The notes under the pieces: generated by a model
The model's database searches: none
Told to the model about the DNA's origin: nothing
What the model saw: the letters and a program-made list of their open reading frames with translations, nothing else
Translations under genes and position numbers: made by a program
Shown here: one piece after another, positions 62,863 through 64,000 of the stretch
Position numbering within the stretch: the first letter of the stretch is position 1
How the letters are laid out: every line of letters begins with the position of its first letter
Assembly (NCBI GenBank): GCA_964016885.1
Contig: OZ024743.1
Location: 258,230,001 to 258,294,000 of the forward strand
From: Eledone cirrhosa
Lineage: Eukaryota
Length of the DNA stretch: 64,000 nt
Direction: 5' to 3'

Positions 62863-64000
62863 CATCATCATCATCATCATCAACGTTTAACGTCCGTGTT
62901 CCACGCTTGCATGGGTTTGGACGGGGGTAGTCCCACTTGAGGCAAGAGTGATTGTCTTGTTCGCATAGGACTGTCTGGCAGGCTTTCTACAGTTGGATGC
63001 CCTTCCTAACACCAACCACATTTACAGTGTGGGTCTGGGAGGTTTTTACCGTGTTGCCTACACGGCCACATTACAGCGTGGACTGTGTGTTTTTTTGTCG
63101 TGACACCTACACGATCTCATTTGTTTCGGCCTGGATGGAGTGGCACCAACATAACTTTACATAGGAGGGGGTGGTGTGGATTGGGTGGGGGTGGTGGGAC
63201 GGGGGTGTATTTTGTTAGAGATGCCTACTGGCTGTAGTAGGTTTTACTATGTATTTAGGTAAGGCGGGTCTTCTCTATTACTGAGTACCGCCAAAGGTCT
63301 CGGTCCAGTGACATTGTCTTGGAGAGGTGTAAGTGTGTGAGGTCGGAGTTTATCAGCTCGTCCCAGGTTTTTCTAGGTCTGCCTATTCCGTGGCTACCGT
63401 CTATCTTTATTGCCCTGCACTTTGTTATACAGCTATCGACTTTCATGCGCATCACGTGTCCATACCAACGTAGCCTTCTCTCGAGTAAACAACATCTGAT
63501 CCCTCTTATTTCTAATTTTTTCCTTAGTTCGTTTATGCTTTGCCGTTCACGTATATTAATATTACACATCCAGCGGAGCATGCAAGCTTCGTTCCTCTCT
63601 AGTCTGCGTATATCCTCTGCACACAATGCCCAGGTCTCACTGCCATGCATCATTGCTGTTCGTATGCAGGCATCATACAACCTGCCTTTCATTTTTAGGG
63701 AGAACCCTTTAGCGGCTAATAATGGTATAAGCTCTCTGAACTTTTTCCATCCAGTTCTGACTCTAGCTACTGTACTTTCAGAGCACCCTCCCCCACTGCT
63801 GATTTTGTCACCCAGGTAACGGAAGCTGTCCACTATTTCTATAGAGCCCTCTGCGCAGTTGTAAGAGCTAGTATTTTGTGGGCACTTGCTGCTACTTATT
63901 GCACCAGAGCACCGCCCACATTTAAAATCTATGTTCTTAGTTAGCTTACCTGTGATCCCACTACATCTTTTATGCACCCATACTTTGCATTTGGGACATA
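62862..64000 (-). mobile_element. RTE LINE subfamily A, runs off the window end
   Basis: ORF 63255-63977 with PHD C-half and C-terminus. (ATG)n tail follows (TA)n. Confidence 0.95.

Overview
AT-rich eukaryotic DNA, dense in microsatellites and transposons, with no confidently identifiable host gene. The SINE repertoire suggests an octopod cephalopod (inference). The window is dominated by about 15 copies or fragments of an RTE-clade LINE, in at least two young subfamilies. Its ORF carries a C4HC3 PHD-type zinc finger inside the reverse transcriptase, it ends in an (ATG)n tail, and it repeatedly sits in (TA)n tracts. Also present are: a tRNA/CORE-like SINE with the 3' UTR of that LINE; a second SINE found in (TAA)n tracts next to R4/Dong-like endonuclease remnants; several Penelope-like elements (PLEs) with GIY-YIG remnants, inverted pseudo-LTRs and seven minimal hammerhead ribozyme motifs; a deleted mariner; a Gypsy integrase plus LTR nested in an old LINE; a non-autonomous Helitron; MITEs and fold-backs; minisatellites; and an unclassified element with 195-bp direct repeats. 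Everything was read by eye, so boundaries of degraded elements are approximate.
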